A stretch of DNA of 64,000 nucleotides from assembly GCA_023920165.1 (NCBI GenBank), contig CP089278.1:310001-374000 (forward strand), read 5' to 3'. The translations under genes and the position numbers were made by a program. Position 1 is the first letter of the stretch. Every line of letters starts with the position of its first letter. The notes under the pieces were generated by a model, which did no database searches, was not told the origin of the DNA, and saw only the letters and a program-made list of their open reading frames with translations. Below are positions 48,235 through 60,406 of the stretch, in pieces. The DNA comes from Curvularia clavata. Lineage: Eukaryota.

Positions 48235-50465
48235 TGTTAATGGACAATGCACAAGTTGTGAAGAAGGTAACTTTCAAGGCTTTCCACAAACAAGATTGGG
48301 GTACCTCTGTTAATTAGTGCGTCTCTGATGTTGCGGCAGCTCGAGCTCTGCATGTCATAGTAACAGGCTAATTGCTCATTCAGCATGGGTCATGCCATTT
48401 TCATCCACGGTTGCCGCAAGTAATGCATGCATGTCGCTCAGATAACATGAAATCCCGCCTATTAGCGAATTATATGAACAGTGACGTCGACAATGCGGCA
48501 TTTGAAGCAGTGTTCTGATATACAACTGCGTCACTATGAAGGGTACTAGACAGCTGGCGTGCAGGGGTTAAACCATGCCAATCGATTCCGACTGGTCCGG
48601 CAGCTGAGCTGCGAGCCAAACAGAGACAGGGGTTGCGCAATGCGCATCTCATTGATGAGTAACTATTTTGGAAGCTGGGTATGAAACCTAACCCTTGTTA
48701 AGCAGAGCTTGATTGATGACGTGCATAACATAATCGTTGTGAGATGCGGTGACAGCAAACCTCGACGAAGAATTCAGAAACCGGATTACAGGTCATGATC
48801 AGATAAAACAAGGAAAACATTACGATGACCGTTAGAGATGGAGAAAGCTGAGAATGGGGATAGTTTGAAGTCCGCGGCAGGTATTCCCACGTGGGCTTAT
48901 CGGCGATGTGCATGATGCTAGGCCCAGAACGGCGGCGTGGCCGACGACCGAATACTGCAATGCGCTCTTCGTACGACCATCCTCCAACGTACAAAAAGCG
49001 TCGATACATAGAATAATGCTTGTCTGTCGCATCCGTTATGTTCTTCTTCTGTTTCCCCCAGATTTTGAGTTCACTGCCAGCACAGTGATGCCCTCATCAT
49101 TTTGTTTCGACTTGAGGACAGGCCTGGTCTGTCTACGACAGTTTTCGCACAGGGTAACTTCCTATAGTATTTGAAACGCTTATAAGTTCCGGAAGGGATT
49201 AAATCTGTCGAGTGTACGAAGGCAAAGGAGATGAATAGCCACGCCACGCCATGCCGTCGCCTGCGCTAAACGGCGCACCAAAAAATGACGTAGAGAACTA
49301 TTTCTTTCTGGCCGTCAAGCAATCATATCTCCTACACTGTCTGAAAGAAATACATTAGGTCTCTCTCTAGCCCACTGAATGTCAAAGATCGAAGAGAGAG
49401 CTTTGTAGCCAAAGTGGCGTTTTGAAGGGGGGACTCGAGCTTCAGTTCTGGGCTCCGCATCTCGAATCAAGTAGAGGACTGTACACCGTCTTTTGAGCTC
49501 GATCACTCGGCTATTCTTGGGTTTGCATCTGCGTTTGCACCGTGATTTGCCCACGACATCGTGAAACCCCATCGAATCTTAACAATCTGCACTCCATTAT
49601 ACAATGTTCCTCTCAAGCATCATTCCACAGGTTCAAACAATGTCGTGTGAGCGTTTTCCCATGCGGTGACTACGCTAAGGGCATCCCTTGCGAAACTTGA
49701 CCGCATATGGATCTCTCCTGCGGTAAGTAACGGGAACAGGCGGGTGTTCCTGCGTAGGCTACTATGTATAGACGCGGGCCCTCCCTAGCCACAAAAATCT
49801 CCGGAAGTAGCCTTGCCAAGGTGTAGGGACAAACACATCTGTATATGTATCCACAGCTTTCACGTCCCTGCAAACTCTCCATGGGGCATCAGGACAGGCG
49901 AAGCTCGGGACTCACAGTGATGGCACACTACTCGTTTGCCTATCCTAGGGGCTGCACGGTCCATCTTCCTGTTGCCTCCAAGGAATGAGCAAAGAATGGG
50001 GTATATGCATATGGGAAAGTGGAAACAGAAGTTTTTACAGTAACATACCCTGCCACTGAGGATGATACGAGTGGCAGGCAGAGGCTACACGTGGGCAATC
50101 AAAAAACCCGTACACGGCTAGCCACTGACATGTATACCCGTATCTAGCCCGTAGAGAACCTTGCCCTTCGCTGTCTTCTGGATTTAGATGCATCTACGTC
50201 ACCGCTCTCATTTAGCCATGGCAAGTCTGCGGTCTAGTGACTGAGTTCTTGTCACGTGTGTCTGAAAGGTGGGCCTCTGGGTGTTTGTGAATATAGTTAG
50301 CGCCAGGCAATAACAGAGCAGAGCCAGTGAAAGCAGCGCCTTCCCAAAGTCCACAAATACCGCTCTTTCCCCAACCCAAAACTTCAACTCAACCTTGGCA
50401 ATCTCAACTCCACACTCTGATACCAACAACCACGAGTGTTTTTCCATCAAGATCCCATCCAAAAG

Positions 50466-52687
50466 ATGGCAGTCAACGCGCAGACTGTGCTCATGCGCAA
50501 GGCGAGAGACGCCGTCACGTTTCCCGTAGCTGAGCTCACATCCATGTTCTGGGGCGGGTAAGTCCTACACATCCTTGCCACTCCCAAGCCTACCACTAAC
50601 CCCCTGTCCCAGCGATGCAGAAGTCCGCGAGCGTCGTGCAGCCTTTGAGCGTGTTGAGAAAGTACTTGGAACACACGACACGACCAAGCTCCCACGCTGC
50701 TACACCACAACCTCTCGCCAGGACATCTTCCTGCAGGGTCTCAAGATGGGCAAGGCCTGTCTGGATGACATGGTTGCGTATAACCACGGCCAATTTATCT
50801 GGGTGACCCCACGTTACGACCTCACAAATGCCAGGTAAGTTCGATGTCTGTTTGGTCAAGTGCCTTGCTAATCATGTCCAGCCCTTTCGGCCACAAGGCA
50901 ATCTTGTTTGAGCCTGCGATCGAGCACAACGGTACGCCGGAGCAAAAGGCGTTTTGGCTTCCGCTGGCCAGGTCGGGACAAATCCTTGGTACATACACAC
51001 AGACGGAGCTAGGCCATGGATCCTTTGTACGTGGTATTGAGACCACCGCTACCTTCGATATGGCTACCGACGAGTTCGTCATTCACTCGCCTACCGTGAC
51101 GTCGAAAAAGTTCTGGCCTGCCGGCTTGGGCTTCTCGACTACTCATGCTGCAGTCATGGCAAGGCTTATCGTCGGCGACAAAGATTACGGTCCGCATATC
51201 TTCCTGGTACAACTTAGGTCTCTCGAAGACGGAACCCCCATGCAGGGGATCAGGATGGGCGACGCTGGCCTCAAGTACGGGTAAGTGCTTGTTCATCTGT
51301 AAAAAGTCAGAGATCCAAATGTGACTAACTGTAGATGAACAGTTACAACGAGGCAGACAACGGCTTTGCTTCCTTCGACCATGTCCGCATCCCTCGGTCG
51401 CATATGCTGATGGCCCACAGCCAGCTTGCTCGAGACGGTACATTCACGACGGAATCGCTAGGCTCAAAGCTATCATACTCGGTTATGCTGCTCGTCCGTA
51501 GCAAGATGCCTGCTGTCTTCACTCTCAAACTCGCACAGGCCTTGACCATCGCGACTCGCTATTCTGTTGTGCGACAACAAGGACTCGGTCCTGCAGGCTT
51601 CGAAAGTGAGGCTGCCATCATGCAGTACAAGCATCAGCATTTCAGGCTGCTCACCTTAATCGCAAAGGTCTATGCCATGTCGTATGCCTCAGGCGCCTGC
51701 GGAGCTCAGTACTCCAAGATGCGACAGATGCAGGAGAAAGGCGACCACTCTCTCCTACAGTCTGTACACGTGCTCACCGCTGGATTGAAGGCATATGTCA
51801 CCTCAGAGGCGGTCGATGGCGCTGAAGAAGCCCGAAAGATGTGCGGCGGCCATGGTTACATGAACATCTCAGGCCTGCCAGACATTATTGGCTCTATCGC
51901 CGGTAGTGCGACCTTTGAAGGAGAAAACTATGTGCTTTGGCAGCAGGTTGCCAGACATCTGCTCAAGCAGATGGATTGTCTGCTGGCAGATGACCTGCTG
52001 GAGCCAAACACACAGTACCTGGCGGACATGGACGACCCGAATTATCCCTATCTGACCGATTGTATTGGTCTCGACGACCACGATACCCACGTTGAAATCT
52101 TTCGCCACCGTGCACGACGTCTGATTGCCAAGGCCTATACGGCAGTTCGCACGTCGAGCAAGACCCCCGAGGACGCTTGGAACGAACATATGATGCTGCT
52201 CATCTCCGCTTCGAGGGCTCACATTGAATACTTCATTGTGAAAGTCTCCGTTGACTATGTCACCAATCTGCCTGACCACACCAATGACATCCTTCGTTGG
52301 GTCTTAAAGGCGGTTGTGGGTCTCTTTCCCCTCTCGACCATCGTCAACCCTAGGTCTGTCGACGCGCAGTCGTTCATCGTAACCAACAATGGTATCCCGT
52401 ATCTGTCACCAGGCCACCTCACCGAAATCAACAATGAGGTCAACGAGTTGCTAGAGTTCCTCTTACCCGAGGCCATTGGACTCACGGATGCCTGGGACTT
52501 CTCCGACGCCAGCCTTTGCAGTGCCATTGGCATGCGCGATGGCGATATCTACGAGAACATTATGCGCTGGGTGGAACAGATGCCCATCAACCAGGACACG
52601 TGGGAAAACAACGGTGTCCCAGACGGTTGGAAGGAGTATGTCAATCCGGTTCTGAGGCGGGAGCTGTCGCGTAAGCCGAAGTTGTAG
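50466..52687 (+). CDS. Peroxisomal acyl-CoA oxidase
   Basis: Exons 50466-50557, 50613-50834, 50882-51280, 51343-52687. YTQTELGHGS, ETTATFD, KFWPAGLG, DNGFASFDHVRIPR, RYSVVRQQ, RKMCGGHGY, catalytic TFEGEN, and a C-terminal PTS1-like -PKL. Confidence 0.93.
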
Positions 52688-53350
52688 AGAGTTTGTCTTT
52701 CTTGGACCGCAAGATACCCGGTGCAGATAAAGGAGGAGAATCAGACAGGGGGAGGTGATTATACAGAGAGAAGTCAGATAAGGGAAGGGAAATCCGATGA
52801 TGGAGGAATTATCAAAGCACACTAGATTGATGGAATAGGGTTTACAACTCAGGGAGGCATGATCTAGTAACAGTAGATAAATCGAGACCTCTCTTCATCA
52901 TTCTTTTTCTCCTGTCTGTTGAAATGGAGGGCAAGAAGAAATGATGGTGAATGATGCTAGGAAACACCCGGAATATGATGGACAGTATGTATCAAGCGAA
53001 GAGATACTTGATTGTATGTACAATGTCATTGGCAGGACCATCATCACCAGCTTCTGCCAATGATACTGCATCGTCGCCGCTCAACTTGTATAGAAAACGG
53101 TGTTCCAAGTGGAAGCACGCAGGGAAGCAGAGAAGAAGGGAGCCGTTTAATCAACGACATCCTTAGGTGAAAAGAAGCGAGAATCAACAATAAACAGCGA
53201 CGAAATAGGCGTGTCTGCTTGTTGTGAACACTGCTGGATCGATACGTCACAGCCTCGTGCCACATCCAGCTCACAAGGTGCATGTAAAGGATATTCTCTT
53301 CCTCTTCTCATGATGTAATATTCAAATTGTAAACATGCTTGGAAACAAAG

Positions 53351-54253
53351 TCATGACACTGGGGGCGATGCGAGTCCAGCACGCTTCTTAGGTTGGGTAT
53401 CGGGTTCCTCCTCTATGCGGCGCGTCTTTGCGCCAATTGCACCGCCAGGGTGATTCCGCCTAAAGACAGCCTTTGTGTCGTCCTGATGCAGGGCCTCGGC
53501 GAGCGTCAATGCGAGCATGTCGCCGACGGCAATGGTGACGGTTGTGCTGGTGGTGGGGGCGCACACGCCAAACGACACCTCCTCGAGCTCGTGAATGGGC
53601 GCGGGCAGCAATATAGAGTGCGGTCGGCTTCGCAGTAGCGGGCATTCTGAGGGCTTGGTATGTGATGTAATGGCAAGAATGGGCGTGTCAGAGGGAATGT
53701 GGTCAAGGAGAGCAATGAGCTCCGCGGTCTTGCCAGAGTAGGATATGAACATGACGGCATCGTTCTATCACAGAAAGTCAATGCTGGGTTCTGCGGGCTG
53801 CTCTGTAGACGAGGCGCCATGGCTCACCTTTCTGATGTCACCGAGATCCCCATGCAGCGCTTCTGCGGCGTGCATAAAGGAACTCGCAATGCCCAGGCTC
53901 TTCATGGTCGCGACAATCTTGCGCCCTACGAGGCCGCTTTTGCCAACGCCGCACACAATCAGCTTGCCTCCAGCCTCACTGTTTTTGGTGATGACTTCGA
54001 CCGCTTGGAGCAGGCCATGGCGCGCGACGTGGTCAGACTGGTACAAGAAGGTGACCTGTGACAGCGCAGTGGCGGCGGTAGACAGGACATGAACGGCGCG
54101 CGAAAGAAGACGCGTTCCCTTTGGGTCGTCGGCAGTCAATGGCGGGGTAAGCAATTCTGCGTCAGAAAGGGCGCGCTTGCGCTTGAGGGACACGGGAGAG
54201 GGAGAGGGAGACGAGGAGCGTGGTGGGGTATTTGCGAGGGGCTGCGCCATCAT
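53351..54253 (-). CDS. SIS-domain sugar-phosphate isomerase (KdsD/KpsF-like, no CBS domains)
   Basis: Two exons (intron 53765-53827): GVGKSGLVGRKIVATMKSLG..MHAAEALHGDLG..ISYSGKTAEL..APTTSTT..GDMLAL..F..NHPGGAIG. Confidence 0.88.
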
Positions 54254-54802
54254 GTCGTGAGGTATGTGTAAATGACCCAGCGCCGCTGGCAGACGCAGGG
54301 TCACCGTATATCAAGACGGCCTGGCGATCTTTGCAACGGGTCTACACATCTTCGATCTAAGTTAGTCGGGCTCGGGCAGCGCCGGAGACAAAGTCGTATC
54401 TAGTAGGCGTAATGCACTGGTCCAAAGAAGCGACAAGAGGCGATTCCATGTCATAGCACGGCCTGCCATGGCACCGCTTGATTGGAAACCATGCATACAG
54501 CCCGACCGCGGCGACGCTGATAAAATTGGTCCGTCGGCTCGTTCGTATACATGCTTTGTCAATGTTAAGCCGGATCCCGAAGCTGATTCATGTGCAAGGA
54601 GTGGTGGTGAAAAATGCATTGCGACATTGGCGCTACTTCTGACTTGCATCCCTCGACGGCCCGACGCTAGGCCGCATCTAGCCTCAGCCGCTGTCATGAT
54701 TCGAGGCCCAGCCCTCGTCGCACGTTTCTTGCATGCCAGCCTTCGATCGTTGGACACAATCAACCATGGGTATTTGTGGATAGCTGCCTACCCGAGCACC
54801 AT

Positions 54803-55327
54803 CTACCCTGTCAACGGCGCCGCGGATGCCGCTGCAGCGAGTCCCGTTCGCCGAGCCCCCATACACGTCAAGCCCACCTCCACGCCGTCCAGCCTCGCCA
54901 TGCCCAGTTCCTTCCTGTACAGTGCCTGCGCCTGCTCGTTGCCCGTCAAGAGAACCATGAACCGGAGGCATTCCATGCCAAGGCAAATCTCGCGGCAGCA
55001 AGCGATGAGCCACTTGCCCACGCCTTGCCCTTGGTGCTCGGGAGCAACGTAGACATCCGTCAAGTAAGCGAGCGTCGTGTAGTCAGTTATCATGCGCGCC
55101 ATTCCAACGGGTGTTTTGACCCCGTTCGAGACCACGAAGACGCCAAGGGTCAGGCTATTGTCGAGCATGGTCGTCAGCGTCTCGGCAGGGACTGGGTTTG
55201 CCCAAAATACAGCCTCCGTGGCATAGACATCTTGGACAAAGGCATGGGGAAGAAGCGACCGATTAGATGAGATGAGGTAAGTGTGTGCGCCAATTGAGCA
55301 CTCCCATTCGAAGATCTTTTTGTCCAT
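54803..55327 (-). CDS. GNAT family N-acetyltransferase
   Basis: VGMARMITDYTTLAYLTDVYVAPEHQGQGVGKWL (acetyl-CoA Q/RxxGxG motif) and ALYRKELG. Confidence 0.9.
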   Translation of the reverse strand: MDKKIFEWECSIGAHTYLISSNRSLLPHAFVQDVYATEAVFWANPVPAETLTTMLDNSLTLGVFVVSNGVKTPVGMARMITDYTTLAYLTDVYVAPEHQGQGVGKWLIACCREICLGMECLRFMVLLTGNEQAQALYRKELGMARLDGVEVGLTCMGARRTGLAAAASAAPLTG

Positions 55328-55974
55328 CTTTTTGAGAAATGATGCGAATTCGATGGTGCCAGGCGAAGACGATCAAGGCCATACAAATACTCCGAGGAGT
55401 ACTGAGTCACATCCTGTCTGACCTTCCTGTGTTGTACTTTGGCAATAGATAGTCCTGGTTTTGCGCCCTAGACGCCGAACGGCCAATGACTGTACACCTC
55501 CATTCCGCTGTCGGCGGGAACGCCGTCTCCTCGGCGGGTCTTAGCTATACACCTAGAATATGATTAATCTAGCCAAGAATGTATAAAACTTAAACATTCC
55601 TCCGTGTCAAAAAGCAGGGTCCGCGGAATTCAAGAATCGTGTGTCGGCTTAGAGTATGTACTGTATACGCCTGGAGTACAGTCAGCATGCTAGTAGGGGA
55701 GAGAGAGGGGCTGGGCAGTGGGTATCTCGGCCGGATGTAAACTTTAACTAACAAGAGCGTCATCTTTTGGCTCTGCTGACAGCGGCTTATCCAGTGCTTG
55801 GATGAAGTTATGAAGTTCACTTCAGTACCCGTGCTGGTGGGCAGATACGCGTGATCACGTGGCTGGGCGCCGACGCTAGGACATTCATTGCATTTGCACC
55901 TGCCATGCCATATCTCATGTCGTAAATTCATTCCTCATTTTTTTTGGTTATTTCTATCTAACTCTAGACAAACT

Positions 55975-58067
55975 CTAGATTGAAATCCATCGTCCCATCC
56001 AAGTGTCGACGATCTGCTTCGCCTCGTCTACCAGGCCCATGTCCAACAACAGCTGGGAAGTTCCACGCACAGCCGAGTCGAGTGCTGAGAAGATCCAAGC
56101 GTGGGTGTAACTTGTGTGCTCACCTGCAAAACAGTTAACTTACTTGTACGTCTAAGAACAATGTTAATTTACTTACCAACGAAGATGGACTTGTACTCGG
56201 TCTTGTAGTAGGCGGGCAGGAAGAGATCTTGCTGACCAATAGTAGGTGAGGTCCAGGCACCAGCTTGGTGTTCGTCGAGTTCCCAGCATTGACGGTTGTA
56301 TGCACCGGTGAACTGTTCGTCAGCTACATCGCCGTGGACCTCGACCATGGCGCGTTGGACCATAGCAACGTGATCCTGTTCGCTCAGGGCGGCTACGGAG
56401 CGGGCGAGATTACCGGAGACATACGAGCCCAGAATCACACCCGGACCGGTCGAGTTGATCTTGTACGAAGGATAGCAGACGCTGCCGATACCTGGAATGT
56501 CGACTGAACCGCATCCTCCAATGATTGGTGGCGAAAGCTTCTCCCAGAAACGAGTCTTGTAGTGTAGAGATACCTTGCACGACTGCTGGTAGTTCATCTC
56601 GCTAATGGCACGAGACAAGAGCGATGAGTATCTCGGGAGATCCCAGAGCCTAACCTTGGAGAAAGGAACAGCGACGACGGCGTAGTCGTATTCCTCGCTC
56701 TCGGTCTTCATCGCAAAGGGATCGTTGCGCCACTCCACGGAAATCTTGTCCTTCTTTTCGTCGTACTTCAGTCCGGTGACCTTGCGGCCCAGAGTCAACC
56801 GGTCCTGGACGTGCGGGTAGAAGGCGCGAGGAAGCGACTCCAGACCCTTGTCAATGGTTCGCCACGTGGTTGCGCCAAAGTATGCAGTATCATATTCCCA
56901 GATGGGATCCTCGGCATTACCGGTGATGTAGTCAGTTACATCAGCGCTCTGGTTCAGCGCATATCGGACGTACGCGGCTTCTGACCAATGGAACAGACCC
57001 TTCTCAACAGCATGCTTATGAGCCTTGTAAACGTTTTGGTGCATCTCGCGGATGACCTCTGGTGTCGTTCCGATGAAGTTTTCCAGCTCCTCGGTGACCT
57101 TCTCAACAGTCTTCTCATCTGGACTGCCTTCGACATCCGGCAAACTGTATGCAGTGGCGTTACTCCTAAGCTGCGCAGCGCTGGGAATGCGTCCATTAGG
57201 AAGGCGGTAGCCATTCGAGCTAGCCGGTACGTTCGGGCTGGACTGGATCCATGGGATGAAGTTGACAGCAAGGTCGCTGTCGGGGCCTCCGTTCATTTTG
57301 GTGAGAACTTCTCCAAGCTGGAAGACCATCTTGTGATCCTGGATGTCCAGGGTCTCGTTTGTTTCTGGGTAGCGAGTTGATACTGGAAAACGCATGGGAC
57401 CCATCTCTTGGTACTGGTATTGATCGGGTGTGCTTCCAGCAAGGTACTTGGTTCGGATGCGACCACCGATTCGCTGAGAAGATTCGATAATGTGCCAGTC
57501 GTGAATGCCGACTGAATCCAGCAGATGACTAGTCATCAACCCCGACATTCCTCCTCCAATGATAGCAATTCGCTTGCTCTTCTCCACCGCAACGTAGGAA
57601 GCATTGTTCTGCTTGCTCTTCATGTATGCTACACCGTCGAACCAAGGACCCATGGCGTCAGCCACTTCGGAGATATCCTCTCGCTTTTTTGGCTGATGTT
57701 TAACGCGAATTGGAGCTGAACGTCCAATGAGCGTCGATCCGGAATAGGCATGGAGACAACCGCCATATGTAGTATCCGCTGGTACAACCCAGACGAAACG
57801 TTCAGGACGAGCCGATCGCTCGATGTAATGTGAGGCAACATCGTGGTGCCTATCTCCATGGCTTTTCATTCCACATTCGCCATATACCAAGCGAACTTCG
57901 CCCTCGAAATCCTCATCGGCGAATTCTACATGGATGTTGTGTACTGAGTCCGACTTGACCTCGAGGGGCTTGAAGAAAAGAATATCTGATCGAGAGGTAA
58001 CCGGGCTGGCAATAGCACTGCCAGCCAAAGACAAAGCTGCCGAAGAGGCTGTAATGAGTCCCTTCAT
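55975..58067 (-). CDS. Secreted L-amino acid oxidase (flavin amine oxidase family) with pro-region
   Basis: Start MKGLITASSAALSLAGSAIA (signal peptide); KKR at residues 127-129; IAIIGGGMSGL FAD motif; RIGGRIRT; EMGPMRFP. Last exon (after intron 56124-56175) reads GEHTSYTHAWIFSALDSAVRG..WMGRWISI*. Confidence 0.9.
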
Positions 58068-59734
58068 GTTGGCCTTGAGCGAGTTTGTTTGAGATGGTGA
58101 GATTCTACAGCAAGGAGAATATCTTCCATTCAAATACCTTTTCCATTTTCATACTTCGGCTGGCAGGTCCTTACTAAAATGAGTATATTGAACATTGATG
58201 TTGGTCACAAATGGCTTATCATCGTAGGGCGTATGCCAATGGCTACCCGAAGCTATCATCAAGGCTCTCTATCGTATAGTGGCTGCAAACAATATCGAGC
58301 TTCGCGGCCGAGATAAGGGCAGCATGACATAGTCAGCAGTAAGTCTTGACAAAGCCGGCTCCCAGGTGCGGTTTCCCACGCGTCGAGATTCCCGTTACAG
58401 GTATCCTACAAAATGGACTCGAAGCGAGATGCAGTAGCGTAGTATGTGGCAGGCATTAGTGTGGAGTTGCATCTCGTGGCAGCGATCGGCACTTAACGGG
58501 GATAATTTTCTGTTTACCGAAAGATAACGAATATCAGTAACGGCTCCGTTCCGTCGGACACATCGGATGCCTGTAGGCCGTTGAATATGAGTTTGCCGGG
58601 ACACTTCCATACGACTTCAAGATGCTACGTCGAGTCATTGCAATGATAACGAAGGTCAAGCAGGCAAATCCCAAAGTTTCCGCAGAAACCACAATGCACT
58701 GTATCTGCATAGCGTCTTGATCCGCTGACGTTATAGTGATACTTCGCTTGGAAGTGTTGCTCAGAGTTTGGTAGCATCCCACTCTCCCGGAAGGCTTGCG
58801 CTTCCTTCCGGGTCTTAGGTGCCATGACCCGAGTTTCAGAAGCTCCGCGAGCCCGCGAAATCGGGTGGCCCGAGAAGCGCAGAATAGTAACAGTAAAGTT
58901 TTTACGGTAATGATGTTAGAGGATTACTTGGCGATGCTTAGGCGTTCAGGAATGGAGTTGGTCTTTGTGATAGCGAATCACGAACCGCTCGGCAAGCCAT
59001 GACGATCCACAAGTGGAGCCTGGCGATAGCAACCACCTATCCCGTGGGGCCTGAACAAGTGGTTCTTATCTCCAACTCCAACTACCTTTATCTTGGGTTA
59101 CGTTAGGTAGCGACCGGTTTTCCATTAGGCGTAATACACGCGCGTTACGATAGGAGATATCTTGGCGCCCAGACGCAGTTTATCCTCCAGCCTCGGTGTT
59201 TTCTCAGCCCACCACGCCCTATGTCTAAACGCAGCGAATCGGAATCTCCTTCCTTTCTAGAAAGTTTCTGTATATCTCCAGCTTTTCACTGCCCCACGTG
59301 AAATAGTCCAATCGTCTGGCGTGGGGCTGCCAATGCCAACGCCACAAGAGTCCTGCCGCGCTGGTGGAAAAACTTCGGCCTTTAAGCCGACGGCGAACTA
59401 CAAGCAATTACGAATGGAATGTACAATTTATTTCTAGGGGTAAGATACCAGGCTCTGGTTCTGCGAACCATTAGTACCGATGGCGTTCCCCGCTGACATA
59501 GGCAACAAGTCTTGTCCGGTATAGGAGAACTCGCAGCTCTTGGAAGTCATGGCATTCGGCTCAATACGGACATGATGTCTTGGTAAGTGCTCGAGTCTCG
59601 ACTAATACTGAGTCGTTACTTTACTTGTATGTATATAAATGTTGAGTAGTAGCACGTATTTCATGTATCCCAGCAACCTTCACAGCTACTGTCTCGATTA
59701 GCATAAGTACAATTTTAGACATATCACAATCATC
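58068..59734. promoter_or_regulatory. Divergent LAAO/Rid promoter with multiple GATA (AreA/NIT2-type) sites
   Basis: HGATAR matches on both strands at about 58216, 58311, 58522, 58644, 58968, 59066 and 59088, plus further GATA cores. Confidence 0.5.
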
Positions 59735-60299
59735 ATGGTGTCGTTTACTTCGATCTTTACTACATTTCTGGTGGTTACCGGTGCTGCCATTGCCAAACCC
59801 ACACCTAAAGTAGCCGAACAACCTGTCGTCACCTACCTCGGCACCCAAGGGCCAATTCTATGTAAGCACACTTTTCCTCGTTGCAACTACATATGCTAAC
59901 CTCACTCTCAGCAAGCGGAGCTTGGACTTCCAAGGGCATTGTGTACACATCCGGAACCGTGCCCTCTCTCAACGGAACAATCGTAGCAGGCGGCATTGAA
60001 GCCCAAACCGTACGCGAAACTTAATCCCTCGACCATTTTTAATTTACTTACTTGTACAACTCTAGGCCCAAGTCATTAAGAACATTGCCGCTGTGCTCGA
60101 GGAAGCGGGTACATCGTGGGACTATGTCATGAAGACAACCGTTTTCCTAGCCAACATGTCCGACTACACTGCCATGAACGAGGTATATGCTGCTATGCTT
60201 CCGAACCCAAAGCCTGCACGTACTGCGGTCGAGGTGGGCAAGCTGCCGGGAAACTTTCTCATTGAGGTTGAGGCTATTGCTGCGATTCCTGATTCGTGA
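59735..60299 (+). CDS. RidA/YjgF/YER057c/UK114-family imine deaminase with N-terminal signal peptide (152 aa)
   Basis: Exons 59735-59861, 59912-60009, 60066-60299: MVSFTSIFTTFLVVTGAAIA-KPTPK..GPILSSGAWTSKGIVYTSGTVP..GGIEAQTAQVIKNIAAVLEEAGTSWDYVMKTTVFLANMSDYTAMNEVY..KPARTAVEVGKLPGNFLIEVEAIA. Catalytic Arg and Glu are retained. Confidence 0.9.
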
Positions 60300-60406
60300 G
60301 CTTGAGCATAGGAAGGAAAAGATGGGAAATCAAATGTAATGAACTAGATATGAGTTATGAATCGATTCAGCATTTTCAATTGTTTCTCGAGGACCAGTCA
60401 TTAATA

